The translations under genes and the position numbers were made by a program. 28,589 nt of DNA from Octopus sinensis (lineage: Eukaryota), in NCBI RefSeq assembly GCF_006345805.1, contig NW_021833494.1, positions 1-28,589 of the forward strand. Direction: 5' to 3'. Every line of letters starts with the position of its first letter. The first letter of the stretch is position 1. This document shows, piece after piece, positions 1 through 10,532 of the stretch. The notes under the pieces are model-generated. The model searched no databases and was not told where the DNA came from. It was given only the letters and a program-made list of their open reading frames with translations.

Positions 1-234
1 ACTTTCCGCTTATGATGTTGTGAGCAAGAATGAGATCACCATGGCGGCGTCACTTTTCTAGAGAATAAAGGTCGAGCCTCTTCAGCCTTTCTTCATAAGA
101 CAAATTCTTGAGACCAAGAACTAAGCACAAGCAGGAAGAAAAGCCTTGTAGTGATGGAGAAGAGATGAAAGCAAGAGGTAGGGGACAATACTGGCAGTTT
201 GCAGCTTTATCGCCTCATGTAGGTGGCCGCTCAT

Positions 235-398
235 CTAATGGAGAAAAGATGAAAAGAACAGGTATTGGATGGTACCGGCAGCTGCAGCTTCAATGCTGCA
301 TGTAGTTGGCCATTCACCTTCATGATCTTGGGATGAGGAAGAACTGCCCATCATTCTTTCAAAGCCGAATGTCCATTGAAGTTCTCTCACTTGGTCAA
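235..398 (-). CDS. Possible terminal coding exon of an unidentified minus-strand gene
   Basis: Minus-strand acceptor ctctgtgttacgtgtgtacag|TTGACC. One frame stays open to a stop at 235 ([53 protein letters not shown]). Unique, non-repetitive sequence. No protein family recognised. Confidence 0.25.
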
Positions 399-439
399 CT
401 GTACACACGTAACACAGAGCAGTGACAGAACATGTATAC

Positions 440-440
<1 letters not shown>

Positions 441-475
<35 letters not shown>

Positions 476-865
476 AAGTGTGTGTGTGTGTGTGCATGCA
501 AGCGCGTGTGTGTGTGCATGTGCATGTGTGTGCGTGCAAGCATGTGTGTGTGTGTGTGCAAGCATGTGTGTGCAAGCGTGTGTTTGTGTGTGTGTGTGTG
601 CATGCAAGCGTGTGTGTGTGTGTGCAAGCGTGTGTTTGTGTGTGTGCGTGTGCATGCAAGCGTGTGTGTGTGTGTGTGCAAGCGTGTATGTGTGTGTGTG
701 CAAGCATGTGTGTGTGTGTGCATGCAAGCAAGCGTGTGTGTGCAAGCGTGTGTGTGTGTGTATGTGTGCAAGTGTGTGTGTGTGTGTGAGTGTGCGCAAG
801 CGTGTGTGTGTGTGTGTGTGCAAGCATGTGCGTATGTGCCAGCCTGTGTGTGTGTGTGTGTGCAA
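441..865. repeat. Compound (TG)n microsatellite punctuated by CAAGC(A/G) motifs
   Basis: Direct reading. It explains the CV/HT-rich ORFs. Confidence 0.95.
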
Positions 866-911
866 GGACATGTATAGGGTGGGCCAAAAGTCATGCACCA
901 AAATATTTTAC

Positions 912-988
912 ACAACACAGCCCAGTCCAGGAATCGAACTCACTACCACATGATCGTGAGCCCAATGCTCTAACCACTGAGCCATGCG
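912..988 (-). mobile_element. 5' fragment of tRNA-head SINE (family C)
   Basis: Reverse complement of a tRNA-like head (gcatggctcagtggttagagcattgggctcacgatc...gagttcgattcctggac) matching the copy at 5019. Confidence 0.7.
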
Positions 989-1042
989 TCTTCATGCAGA
1001 CAAACATACCATATACATATATCAGACTAATGTTAATACAGT

Positions 1043-1210
1043 ACTCTCTCTCTCTCTCCCGCTCTCTCTCTTCCGCTCTCTTTCTCTCTCTCTCTCTCCC
1101 GCTCTCTCTCCCTTCTGCTCTCTCCCTCCCTCTCTCCTTCTCTCTCTCCCCTTCTCTCTCTCCCCTTCTCTCTCTCCCCTTCTCTCTCTCCCTCCTTCCC
1201 TCCCTCTCCT
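1043..1210. repeat. (CT)n / pyrimidine-rich microsatellite
   Basis: Direct reading. Confidence 0.95.
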
Positions 1211-1276
1211 CAGTAATCACATCATGTAGGTTCCACTGAGGCCAAAGAATGGAAAGGGTTGAAACAGAGTTTGTAC

Positions 1277-2090
1277 CTGCTCATGACTATATGAGCAACT
1301 TAAAACCCTTAGTCCCCATCAAGGTCCAGGCCTTGCTGCGGTGTGGTGGCTGCTATGCCTCAATGAGCCACAGAGCTATGCCAGCAGAGTGCAAGCTCCT
1401 GACAGGGTCACCCATAATGGACAAGTCAAAGGACAAACGTCAGACTCAGACCACTACCCCTTCCCAGAGGGCCCAGACCCTGCTCATGACTATATGAGCA
1501 ACATAAAACCCTTGGTCCCCATCAAGGTCCAGGCCTTGCTGCGGTGTGGTGGTCGCTATGCCTCAATGAGCCACAGAGCTATGCCAGCAGAGTGCAAGCT
1601 CCTGAAAGGGTCACCCATAATGGACAAGTCAAAGGGAAAACGTCAGACTCAGACCACTACCTCTTCCCAGAGGGCCCAGACCCTGCTCATGACTATTTGA
1701 GCAACTTAAAACCCTTAGTCCCCATCAAGGTCCAGGCCTTGCTGCGGTGTGGTGGTCGCTATGCTTCAATGATCCACAGAGCTATGCCAGCAGAGTGCAA
1801 GCTCCTGAAAGGGTCACCCATAATGGACAAGTCAAAGGGAAAACGTCAGACTCAGACCACTACCTCTTCCCAGAGGGCCCAGACCCTGCTCATGACTATT
1901 TGAGCAACTTAAAACCCTTAGTCCCCATCAAGGTCCAGGCCTTGCTGCGGTGTGGTGGTCGCTATGCTTCAATGATCCACAGAGCTATGCCAGCAGAGTG
2001 CAAGCTCCTGACAGGGTCACCCATAATGGACAAGTCAAAGGACAAACATCAGACTCAGACCACTACCTCTTCCCAGAGAGCCCCAGACCC
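1277..2090 (+). repeat. 203-bp tandem repeat, 4 copies, unit resembling an RTE-clade LINE 5' region
   Basis: Unit cctgctcatgac...ggcccagac recurs every 203 bp (equivalent ORF starts at 1341, 1544, 1747). The internal ccttgctgcggtg...cctcaatgagccacagagctatgcc...agggtcacccat...ggacaagtcaaagg resembles, from memory, RTE/BovB-type 5' regions. Confidence 0.9.
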
Positions 2091-2094
2091 TTAC

Positions 2095-2227
2095 CTGGAT
2101 AAAAAGCAAGGTTGCAGATGCATCAATGGCAATTCGAAACCAACAAGTGCTGGGAGAGAAAAGCCTTCCCTCAGGGAAATATGTAGTACAGTGCAGCAAA
2201 ATCCCTAAGGAAAAAGCAGGGATCCAG
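2095..2227 (-). CDS. Possible internal coding exon (133 nt, hydrophobic peptide)
   Basis: Strong acceptor ctgtctattcttcttctcttcag|CTGG and donor CAG|GTAAGG. One fully open frame: WIPAFSLGILLHCTTYFPEGRLFSPSTCWFRIAIDASATLLFIQ. It lies between RTE-derived pieces, so it could be fortuitous. Confidence 0.35.
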
Positions 2228-2239
2228 CTGAAGAGAAGA

Positions 2240-2322
2240 AGAATAGACAGCCCAGAGTCAAGGGACAATGGAAAGAAGTTATTGATAGCCTATATTCCGT
2301 AGGGAGCGAAGGGCTTAAGTAA
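2240..2322 (+). mobile_element. Degenerate 3' terminus of an RTE-clade LINE
   Basis: Translates, with a frameshift, as AQS..WKEVIDSLYSVGSEGLK*, like the RTE C-terminal AQDRxxWxxxVxxLCS motif. Ends in cttaagtaa. Confidence 0.55.
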
Positions 2323-2464
2323 ATCCATTAGTGAAAAGCATGTTTCCATGCAAACAGAAAATAATTCTCAATCGTGAGTGACAGCCATTGTAGTTCACAC
2401 ACACATACACACAAACCAACCGAGGCATACACAATGAGTGTATTTATACATACATACATAGACA

Positions 2465-3310
2465 TGTGTGTATGTGTGTATGTATGTATGTATGTATGTA
2501 TGTATGTATATATGTATGTATGTATGTATGTGTGTATATATGTGTGTGTATGTATGTATGTATGTGTGTATGTATGTATGTATGTATGTATGTATGTGTG
2601 TATGTATGTATGTATGTATGTATGTATGTGTGTATGTATGTATGTATGTATGCATGTATGTATGCATGTATGTATGTATGTATGTATGTGTGTATGTATG
2701 TATGTATGTATGTATGTATGTGTGTATGTGTGTGTGTATGTATGTATGTATGTATGTGTGTATGTATGTATGTGTGTATGTATGTATGTGTGTATGTATG
2801 TATGTATGTATGTATGTATGTATGTGTGTATGTATGTATGTGTGTATGTATGTATGTATGTATGTGTGTATGTATATATGTGTGTATGTATGTATGTATG
2901 TATGTGTGTATGTATGTATGTATTTATGTATGTATGTATATATGTGTGTATGTATGTATGTATGTATGTATGTATGTATGTATGTATGTATGTATGTGTG
3001 TATGTATGAATGTATGTATGTATGTATGCATGTATGTATATATGTATGTATGTATGTATGTATTATGTATGTATGTATGCATGTATGTGTGTATGTATGT
3101 ATGTATGTATGTATGTATGTGTGTATGTGTGTATGTATGTATGTATGTATGTATGTATGTATGTATGTATGTATGTATTATGTATGTATGTATGTATGTA
3201 TGTATGTATGTATGTATGTATGTATATATGTGTGTACGTACGTATGTATGTATGTATGTATGTATGTATATATGTGTGTATGTATATATGTGTGTATGTG
3301 TGTATGTATG

Positions 3311-3344
<34 letters not shown>

Positions 3345-3371
3345 TGTATGTATGTATGTATGTATGTGTAT
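2465..3371. repeat. ~900-bp (TGTA)n tetranucleotide microsatellite
   Basis: Direct reading. It explains the MYVC-repeat ORFs. Confidence 0.97.
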
Positions 3372-3489
3372 GCGAAATCTAATTATAGCAGAAACATCCC
3401 CCTTGCATGTCCAAAAGGTGAAACAAAGTCACATTCATGAAGATGCATCTCTGTTAATTAAATATATATTACCATTTATGGTATGTGTG

Positions 3490-3523
<34 letters not shown>

Positions 3524-3587
3524 GCGTGTATGTGTGTGTATATATACATGCGAGAGAGAAAGAGAGAGAGAAGTGTGTGTGTGCTTG

Positions 3588-3770
3588 CAAAATGTTTATT
3601 ATGATCACATTGAGATAGAGCCATTTAGATAATAATACCTGGCTGATAACATTAAGCAGAGAATTGTGTGTGTGCGTGCAAGCATGCACTTGCAAATTGT
3701 TTATTATGATCACATTGGGATAGAGCCATTTAGATAATAATACCTAGCTGATAACATTAAGGAGAGAGAG
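3588..3770. repeat. Local ~105-bp tandem duplication
   Basis: gtttattatgatcacattg...gataacattaag occurs at 3594 and 3699. Confidence 0.85.
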
Positions 3771-3779
3771 TATGTACGA

Positions 3780-3825
<46 letters not shown>

Positions 3826-3837
3826 ATATATATCATG

Positions 3838-4003
3838 TAGGTCCGGGTTTATTCGGGGTTAACCACAGTAAATAAGGTACTCAATACATAGTAAGTAAAT
3901 TAATTTATTATATAGACGGAGCTTCTACAGACTAGAACTGTTTCATTCAAGAGAAATCAGATTTCTCTGATAAACAGTCTAGTCTGTAAAAGCTCCTTCA
4001 AAT

Positions 4004-4010
<7 letters not shown>
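3838..4010. mobile_element. Penelope-like remnant with fold-back palindrome (3918-3996) between (TA)n tracts
   Basis: Imperfect inverted repeat ggagcttctacagactagaactgttt...gagaaatc-a-gatttctc...aaacagtctagtctgtaaaagctcc, flanked by (TA)n on both sides. The palindrome is seen directly; the PLE assignment is inferred. Confidence 0.5.
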
Positions 4011-4043
<33 letters not shown>

Positions 4044-4057
4044 TACACCACACACAC

Positions 4058-4152
<95 letters not shown>

Positions 4153-4165
4153 ATATATATATATG
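4010..4165. repeat. (TA)n microsatellite
   Basis: Direct reading. Confidence 0.95.
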
Positions 4166-4528
4166 TTGTATGTACGTAAAATTTTATATATGTAAAACGA
4201 TAGTTCAGATAAAGAATCAATAATTATACTAACAGCTGGATAAGTAAGTGGTGGAGCACATATTGAATCTACAGCGTGTATTGTTGTATCATCTCACCTA
4301 CCCCGCCACCACACCTACTCCCACCTTCCCCCTGATAGTATAGCAGGCAAGCCGTAATCAAAATGATATTGCTAAGAGATCAATAACAATTGACAGTGAT
4401 AGAAACGGAGTTATAGAGAGACAGAGAGACGGAGACAGACAGACTGATAGACAAATACAAGAGAATATGAAAGCACGGCTACTACAAAATCGTTGTCTGG
4501 ATTCTCTGGCTGACAAACGAAACCTCAC

Positions 4529-4631
4529 CTTGGTCACCAAACAAAGTGCATCGCAATATCGCGATATCGGGAAAGCCTCAGATCTGAACTCTTGGTCAGA
4601 ATGCTCGTAACAGCATGGATTCCTCTGTCCT
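4529..4631 (-). CDS. Possible internal coding exon (103 nt)
   Basis: Polypyrimidine acceptor ctctttttatttattctcctctgtcctag| and donor AAG|GTGAGG. One open frame: GQRNPCCYEHSDQEFRSEAFPISRYCDALCLVTK. Unique, CpG-containing sequence. Confidence 0.4.
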
Positions 4632-4726
4632 CTAGGACAGAGGAGAATAAATAAAAAGAGCTGTAGTAAGGATCACCTAGGTGCAGGTGTGGCTGTGTGG
4701 CAAGAAGCTTGCTTCTCACCTTTTAA

Positions 4727-4790
4727 AGGCGGCGAGCTGGCAGAAACGTTAGCACGCCAGGCGAAATGCTTAGCAGTATTTCATCTGCTA
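4727..4790 (+). mobile_element. 5' fragment of tRNA-head SINE (family D)
   Basis: ggcggcgagctggcagaaacgttagcacgccaggcgaaatgc matches the heads of the minus-strand copies near 18667 and 23990. Confidence 0.8.
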
Positions 4791-4912
4791 ACAATTGGTA
4801 AAAAAAATAGTCTCTGACAGCTGTTTTGGGGATATCCAAAACAATTATAGTGATTAATAAATCCTGTGACTTTCATTTTCTCTTTCTTTCTCTCATTTGT
4901 ATGTATATATGT

Positions 4913-4984
<72 letters not shown>

Positions 4985-5018
4985 GTATGTATGTATGTAT
5001 ATATATATATGTATATGT

Positions 5019-5272
5019 GGAGGCACGTGGCTTAGTGGTTAGGGTATCAGCATCATGATTGTAAGATTGTGGTTTTGATTCCTGGACCAGGCGACGCGTT
5101 GTGATCTTGAGCAAAACACTTCATTTCATGTTGCTCCAGTCCATTCAGCTGGCAAAAATGAGTAACGCTGCGATGGACTGGCGTCCTGTCCACCTGGGGA
5201 GCACGTACGCCATTGAATCCGGGAAACCAGGCCCTTGAGCCTGGCTAGGCTTTAAAAGGGCGCATTTATTTT
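5019..5272 (+). mobile_element. tRNA-head SINE (family C), near full length
   Basis: A-box-like tggcttagtgg, B-box-like ggttttgattcc, and a gcgatggactggcgtcctgtcc body. Related minus-strand copies near 9080, 17140, 17340, 19780 and 27890. Confidence 0.8.
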
Positions 5273-5810
5273 TATCATATATGTATATATTAGACATAAG
5301 TTTCATAAACTACAAAATATAAATATCCACACTGCAACACTTGAAACGTATCTGTTATAAACTCTTTATCTCGATTTGAATGTACGTGAAGGTATTTAGA
5401 ATGGCCAAACTTATTTCTGCAAATGTGCTAAGAACTGATGCTGACCAGAGTTCAATCAATAAGCATAGGAGTGAAGTAAATGCAGCAAAAATAGGGGTAT
5501 CAGAGAGGCTCCCTTTAAGTGGCCCTTCAGAAATTGAACCTCCTTACGATACTCCCTGGGAGTTCGTGGTATGAAATTCATCATCAATGCTCCAATTTGG
5601 TCGCCAATACCATGTACTTAGTTTAAAATGCAGTAAAAATAGTGGGGGGGGGCCCCAGTTTCGCAGCCCTTAAAAAAATAGACCACCTTAGGACATTCCT
5701 AGGGATTAGGGGAGTTGCTGGTTTGAGTTTCATTGTCCTTGCACCAATGGTCTGGGAGGAGCTAAATATAAAAACTTAACAGACAGAAAGACATCACTCA
5801 AATTTTAACA

Positions 5811-5857
<47 letters not shown>

Positions 5858-5904
5858 GAAAAAACAAGTCAAAATAGAAAATGCTAAAAATTTTATAAAG
5901 AACA

Positions 5905-5948
5905 TTTCAGTACCGGTTTCGGTCATTTTGAGACCTTTTCAACTGTAA
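5905..5948 (-). ncRNA. Minimal type I hammerhead ribozyme with U3:A8 core in a Penelope-like remnant
   Basis: Minus strand: uuaCAG-UUGAAAA-GGUC(ucaaaau)GACC-GAAA-CCG-GUA|CUGaaa. 4-bp stem II, palindromic stem III ACCGGU, short stem I (CAG/CUG). The host segment 5857-6062 is bounded by (TA)n. Confidence 0.7.
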
Positions 5949-6083
5949 CGATTAAATAATTAAATTTAGAAAAATTAAAAGAAAAGTTTTTTTTTAAAGA
6001 ATATTTGTATAGTGTTTAAATATAAGTGGCATTCTGCCTTTCCTGTCTCCCTTGTTTGCACTTGTATATATATATATATATAT

Positions 6084-6118
<35 letters not shown>

Positions 6119-6236
6119 ATCTATATATATATATTAATAAAAGTTTAATCCAAACAAGAAAACAAAAACACAACAACGCGAGGACGTGGACAAATATAGT
6201 ATTATTGGACGCTCAGGAAAGAAGGGAAGAAGGAGG

Positions 6237-6271
6237 GTTTAACGTTTCGAGCAGAGCTCTTTGTCGGAAAC
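6237..6271 (-). ncRNA. Degenerate minimal hammerhead-like motif
   Basis: Minus strand: GUUU-ccgacaaa-GAGC(ucu)GCUC-GAAAC-GUU|AAAC. Stems I and II and GAAAC-GUH are intact, but the CUGANGA core is mutated. Confidence 0.4.
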
Positions 6272-6539
6272 ATAGGAGAAGGAAAGATCCAGAGAAGGGA
6301 AGACAGAGGAAAAAAAATTGCCAGCAGTACTCACGAGGTCACATTTTGAAAGGAAGTGGTCAAACTCTGCATAAGGATCAGACAACCACCATATATATAT
6401 ATATATGTATATGTACCTACACCTTAGAACCATCATGGCATCTGATGTAGCTTTTTAAACCAGACAATATTTTGATGAGACAACCACATAGATTGCATAT
6501 CCAGTCTGGACCACCAAGAGCTGCAGTTAAGTTCTGCCT

Positions 6540-7058
6540 GCGAAGACTTGCTGAGGCAAGTGAAATCGAAATCAAATTCGATGACCGGCATCCATGCTAG
6601 TGGAGCACTAAGAGTACCATACGAGTGAGATCGTTGCCAGAGCAACAAGCTGGCCTCCATGCTGATGGCACGTTAAAAACACCATTCGAGCGTGATCGTT
6701 ACCTGCATCGCCTTACTAGCACTTCTGCTGGTGGCACGTGAAAAAACATTTGAGCGAGGTCGTTGCCAGTGCCGCTGGACCGACTCCTGTGCGGGTGACA
6801 CATAAAAAGCACCATTTAAGCATGGCCGTTGCCAGTACTGCATGACTGGCCCTCATGCCGGTGGCATGTAAAAGCACCCACTACAATCTCGGAGTGGTTG
6901 GCGTTAGGAAGGGCATCCAGCTGTAGAAACTCTGCCAGATCAGATTGGAGTCAGGTGCAGCCATCTGGTTCGCCAGTCCTCAGTCAAATCGTCCAACCCA
7001 TGCTAGCATGGAAACGATGATGATGATGATGATGATAAACGATGATGATGATGATGAT
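6540..7058 (+). mobile_element. RTE-related SINE / non-autonomous retroposon (family A) with (GAT)n tail
   Basis: Internal ~60-bp modules (...gtggcacgtaaaaagcacc...), gagtggttggcgttaggaagggcatccagc, ccaacccatgctagcatgg, then (gat)n. Many copies in the window. Confidence 0.85.
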
Positions 7059-7399
7059 AACAGTTATAAAATTTGCATTATTTTTTTTTGCATATATTAG
7101 CCATTCAAAAGCACGAAGATTTTCCACTGGATGCAGTAGAATCGTGTCAATGACCAAATTGCAGTTGGTGGGATGAAAGTTCTGACACCAAATAAACTGT
7201 TTTAAGTGAAACGAACAGTCTTTGTGTAAGCTTTGAATGGCTAAAGTGCGTCCTCCATGTGGCATTCGTTTTAGTTTCAACACATGGTCTCAGATAAAAT
7301 TACTCGCCTGGCAACTACACACCTCTGAAAGGTATATCTTTTTGTTGTTAAAAATATATTTCAGAGAGAAAGGATAAAACAAAAAAAAAACAAAAAACA

Positions 7400-8142
7400 G
7401 GCGCAGGAGTGGCTGTGTGGTAAGTAGCTTGCTTACCAACCACACAGTTCTGGGTTTAGTCCCACTGCGTGGCACCTTGGGCAAGTGTCTTCTACTATAG
7501 CCTCGGGCCGACCAAAGCCTTGTGAGTGGATTTGGTAGACGGAAACTGAAAGAAGCCTGTCGTATATATATATATATGTATATATATGTGTGTGTGTGTG
7601 TCTGTGTTTGTCTCCCCAACATCGCTTGACAACCGATGCTGGTGTGTTTACGTCCCCGTTACGTAGCGGTTCGGCAAAAGAGAACCGATAGGATAAGTAC
7701 TAGGCTTACAAAGAATAAGTCCTGGGGGGTCGATTTGCTCGACTAAAAAGGCGGTGCTCCAGCATGGCCACAGTCAAATGACTGAAACAAGTAAAAGAGA
7801 CCGATAGAATAAGTACTGGGCTTACAAAGAATAAGTCCTGGGGTCGATTTGCTTGACTAAAAAGGCGGTGCTCCAGCATGGCCGCAGTCAAATGACTGAA
7901 ACAAGTAAAAGAGACCGATAGAATAAGTACTAGGCTTACAAAGAATAAGTCCTGGGGTCGATTTGCTCGACTAAAAAGGTGGTGCTCCAGCATGGCCGCA
8001 GTCAAATGACTGAAACAAGTAAAAGAGACTGATAGAATAAGTACTGGGCTTACAAAGAATAAGTCCTGGGGTCGATTTGCTCGACTAAAAAAGCGGTGCT
8101 CCAGCATGGCCGCAGTCAAATGACTGAAACAAGTAAAAGAGA
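7400..8142 (+). mobile_element. tRNA-head SINE (family B) with 3' tail amplified 4x (114-bp unit)
   Basis: A-box tggctgtgtgg, B-box-like gggtttagtcc, ccttgggcaag core, internal TA/TG tract. Tail units start at about 7680, 7797, 7911 and 8025. Confidence 0.92.
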
Positions 8143-8557
8143 GAAAGATTGAGACAATGAAGAAAGGAAAATTATATTTCGAAAATGATATTGTCCTTGC
8201 TTGTAACTTGAACTGTAGCTTAGCAACAGATAAGCTTATGCAAATTTTTGACATTTAACCTCGCCCCCTCTCACCCCCATCAATGAATATTAATGAGGTT
8301 TGTGCTTTTGGTCATAATCTTTTCTAGGGGTAATGGTGGTGGTGTGAGCCCAAGCCAACTAACGATGAGATCAACTTACTCCATGGCTCTTTCAATTTGC
8401 CAGAAATAACAGCTAAATCACACCACACAGCCTTAAGACACTTTTTGTAATGTAAGCCCTGGTTGCACTGAGCTTGAAAACAAAGACATGATGGTCACAA
8501 CTGGAATGCTTTTTGTCATAGTTTTAATGGATCAGGACTAGCTTTTTGTCTTTATTC

Positions 8558-8890
8558 TTACCTCCACCTTCGCTAAGGTGGAGGTATTGTTTTCAGTTGT
8601 GTTTGTTTGTTTGTTTGTTTATCTGTGGACAAAATATCTCAAGAACCACTCGATGGATTCAGATGAAACTCTCAGGAATGTTTGGCCTCGCGACTGGCAT
8701 AAACTGATTAGATTTTAGGATCGATCCGGTACCAGACAAGGATTCTGGATTATTTTTCCTGTTTTTTGATTTAATTTCTGAGAGCAGTCAGGTTCATTTT
8801 TCACTTTTCTCGTTTGTGGGAGCAATCAAGTTTATTTCAGATATTCTCATTTTAAAAATCCTCTCTGGTTAATCATTGATGTTGCTTTGG
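8558..8890 (+). mobile_element. Helentron/HINE (DINE-1-like) non-autonomous element, one end only
   Basis: ttacctccacctt-cgct-aaggtggaggt hairpin followed by a (gttt)n tract and ...atctcaagaaccact...ggattcagatgaaact. This layout is typical of HINE/DINE-1 ends. The other end is not seen. Confidence 0.6.
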
Positions 8891-9383
8891 TAGATGTTTA
8901 CACTTAAGGTGCCAGAATTATCACTACGCCAGGCAAAACGCATAGCAATATTTCATCCATCTTTACATTCTGAGTTTAAATGTAACCAACTGGTGCTTAT
9001 TTCATCAGCCCCAAAAGGGATCGATGAAATAACATGAGTTGAGTACAGGGGCCAGTGCAATTGACTCAAACGTGACCCCTGATGGGAAGACTATTTTATC
9101 ACAGGGTTACCCCATTTGCAGCTCACTGGACTGGAGCAACATGAATGAAGTGTTTTGCTCAAGAACACAGCACGCTGCCCAGTCCAGGAATTGAACCCAT
9201 TGACTAGCGATCATGAATGCACCACCCTAATCACTAAGCCACACACCTTCACATATTCTTTTATTTTTTTACTTGTTTCAGTCATTGCTGGAGCACCACC
9301 TTGATGTATTCTTTTTTTGTTTTTAGTCAAACAAATCAACCTCAGGCCTTACTTTTTTCAAGCCTTGTACTTATTCTATACGT

Positions 9384-9625
9384 GTACTTGCAACGCCATT
9401 CACACAGTGCGGGTTGAGCCGGCTTCTTCTCTGGTCCTAACGGCATCATGAACCATGGCGGCCCGTGCTCGACGGTCCCGTGCAAGGTCACTGGAGATAG
9501 CGAGCCATTCGCAGTTCCATCTGCACAGACCGACCACCTGCGGACCTGATAGTTTGGAGAGGTCCTCCTTTATCGTCATTGCCCAGGTCTTCAGCTGTCC
9601 GCCCATGCATTTGCGCCAGCTGGGA
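9384..9625 (-). mobile_element. 3' fragment of an RTE-clade LINE ORF (C-terminus)
   Basis: Translation PLPSWRKCMGGQLKTWAMTIKEDLSKLSGPQVVGLCRWNCEWLAISSDLARDRRARAAMVHDAVRTREEAGSTRTV* fits the RTE terminal pattern GGQxKTW...LAQDRxxW...AGSTRPG*. Confidence 0.8.
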
Positions 9626-9926
9626 AGTGGAGGTGTACTTATTCTATCAGTCTCTTTCGCTGGACTGCCAAGTTACAGGGGCACAAACACACCAACACTG
9701 GTTGTTAAATGGTAGTGGGAGGGGGACAACACAGACACAAAGACACACACATACATATCATATATATATAATATGGCTTTTCTGTGTCCCTTTCTGTAGA
9801 AGAGCGTAGGCTCAAAACATAAAAGACTTTTTCTATTTCTGAGCGTTATACTAATACATCTGTTTGCTTTGTACATCACCTGTCTTCGTCTTTTGTTTTT
9901 TTCGTAAACTCTCCCTATATATATAT

Positions 9927-10322
9927 AATCATCATCATCATCATCATTTAGCGTCCGCTTTCCATGCTAGCATGGGTTGGATGGTTCAACTGGGGTCTGG
10001 GAAGCCAGAAGGCTGCACCAGGTCCAGTCTGATCTGGCAATGTTTCTACGGCTGGATGCCCTTTCTAACGCCAACCACTCCATGAGTGTAGTGGGTGCTT
10101 TTTACGTGCCACCAGCACAGGTGCCAGACGGGGCTGGCAAACGGCCACGATCGGAGGGTGCTTTTTACGTGCCACCGGCACAGGTGCCAGACGGGGCTGG
10201 CAAACGGCCACAATCGGATGGTGCTTTTTACGTGCCACCGGCACGGGGGCCAGGCAAGGCTGGCAACGATCACGATCGGATGGTGCTTTTTACGTGCCAC
10301 GGCACAAGGCCAGTCAGGGCAA
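9927..10322 (-). mobile_element. Family A retroposon copy
   Basis: (cat)n tail followed by the reverse complement of the family A body with 3 internal modules. Confidence 0.88.
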
Positions 10323-10530
10323 GGCAGACATTAAACGACGATGCTAATTTACAACAGGCTTCTTCAATTTCTGAATAACGAAAGCTGTTGCAACCATCGA
10401 CTACGCAATGCTGGAACACGTTTGGCAAGAATTGGACTATCGGCTTGATGTGCACCGTGTAACCAACAGTACTCACATTGAACATCTTTGAACATCCCAT
10501 AAAAGAAACTTGCAATTGCAGGCTTTCAGA
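10323..10530 (+). mobile_element. Tc1/mariner transposase C-terminal fragment (copy 1)
   Basis: Translates ITKAVATIDYAMLEHVWQELDYRLDVHRVTNSTHIEHL*, the typical mariner/Tc1-like ending (MLxRVWQELDYRLDVCRVTNGAHIEHL). Confidence 0.85.
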
Positions 10531-10532
10531 AT

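Noticed and set aside
79-85. CUGAAGA on the minus strand as a hammerhead core
   Set aside because: No stem II closing onto GAAA and no matching stem I.
376-1239. Long ORFs rich in CV/HT/SL dipeptides
   Set aside because: They are translations of (TG)n and (CT)n microsatellites.
1249-2208. Repeated 82-153 aa ORFs
   Set aside because: They arise from the 203-bp repeat, whose length is not a multiple of 3; each ORF ends in the next unit and has no recognisable domain.
2374-3618. 200-324 aa MYVC-repeat ORFs
   Set aside because: They are translations of the (TGTA)n microsatellite.
5019-5095. tRNA genes
   Set aside because: All A/B-box sequences are SINE heads continuing into SINE bodies; none forms a complete cloverleaf followed by a terminator.
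5380-5574. 64-aa plus-strand ORF with a GTG|GTATGA donor as an exon
   Set aside because: No convincing acceptor, no recognisable homology, and opposite strand to the other candidate exons; left unassigned.
6771-6900. HDV-like ribozyme in family A modules
   Set aside because: I could not build the P1/P1.1/P2/P3 nested double pseudoknot by hand; only simple hairpins are evident.
7680-8142. CRISPR-like array
   Set aside because: No unique spacers; the whole 114-bp unit repeats and is a SINE tail in eukaryotic DNA. The same applies to the other tandem arrays.
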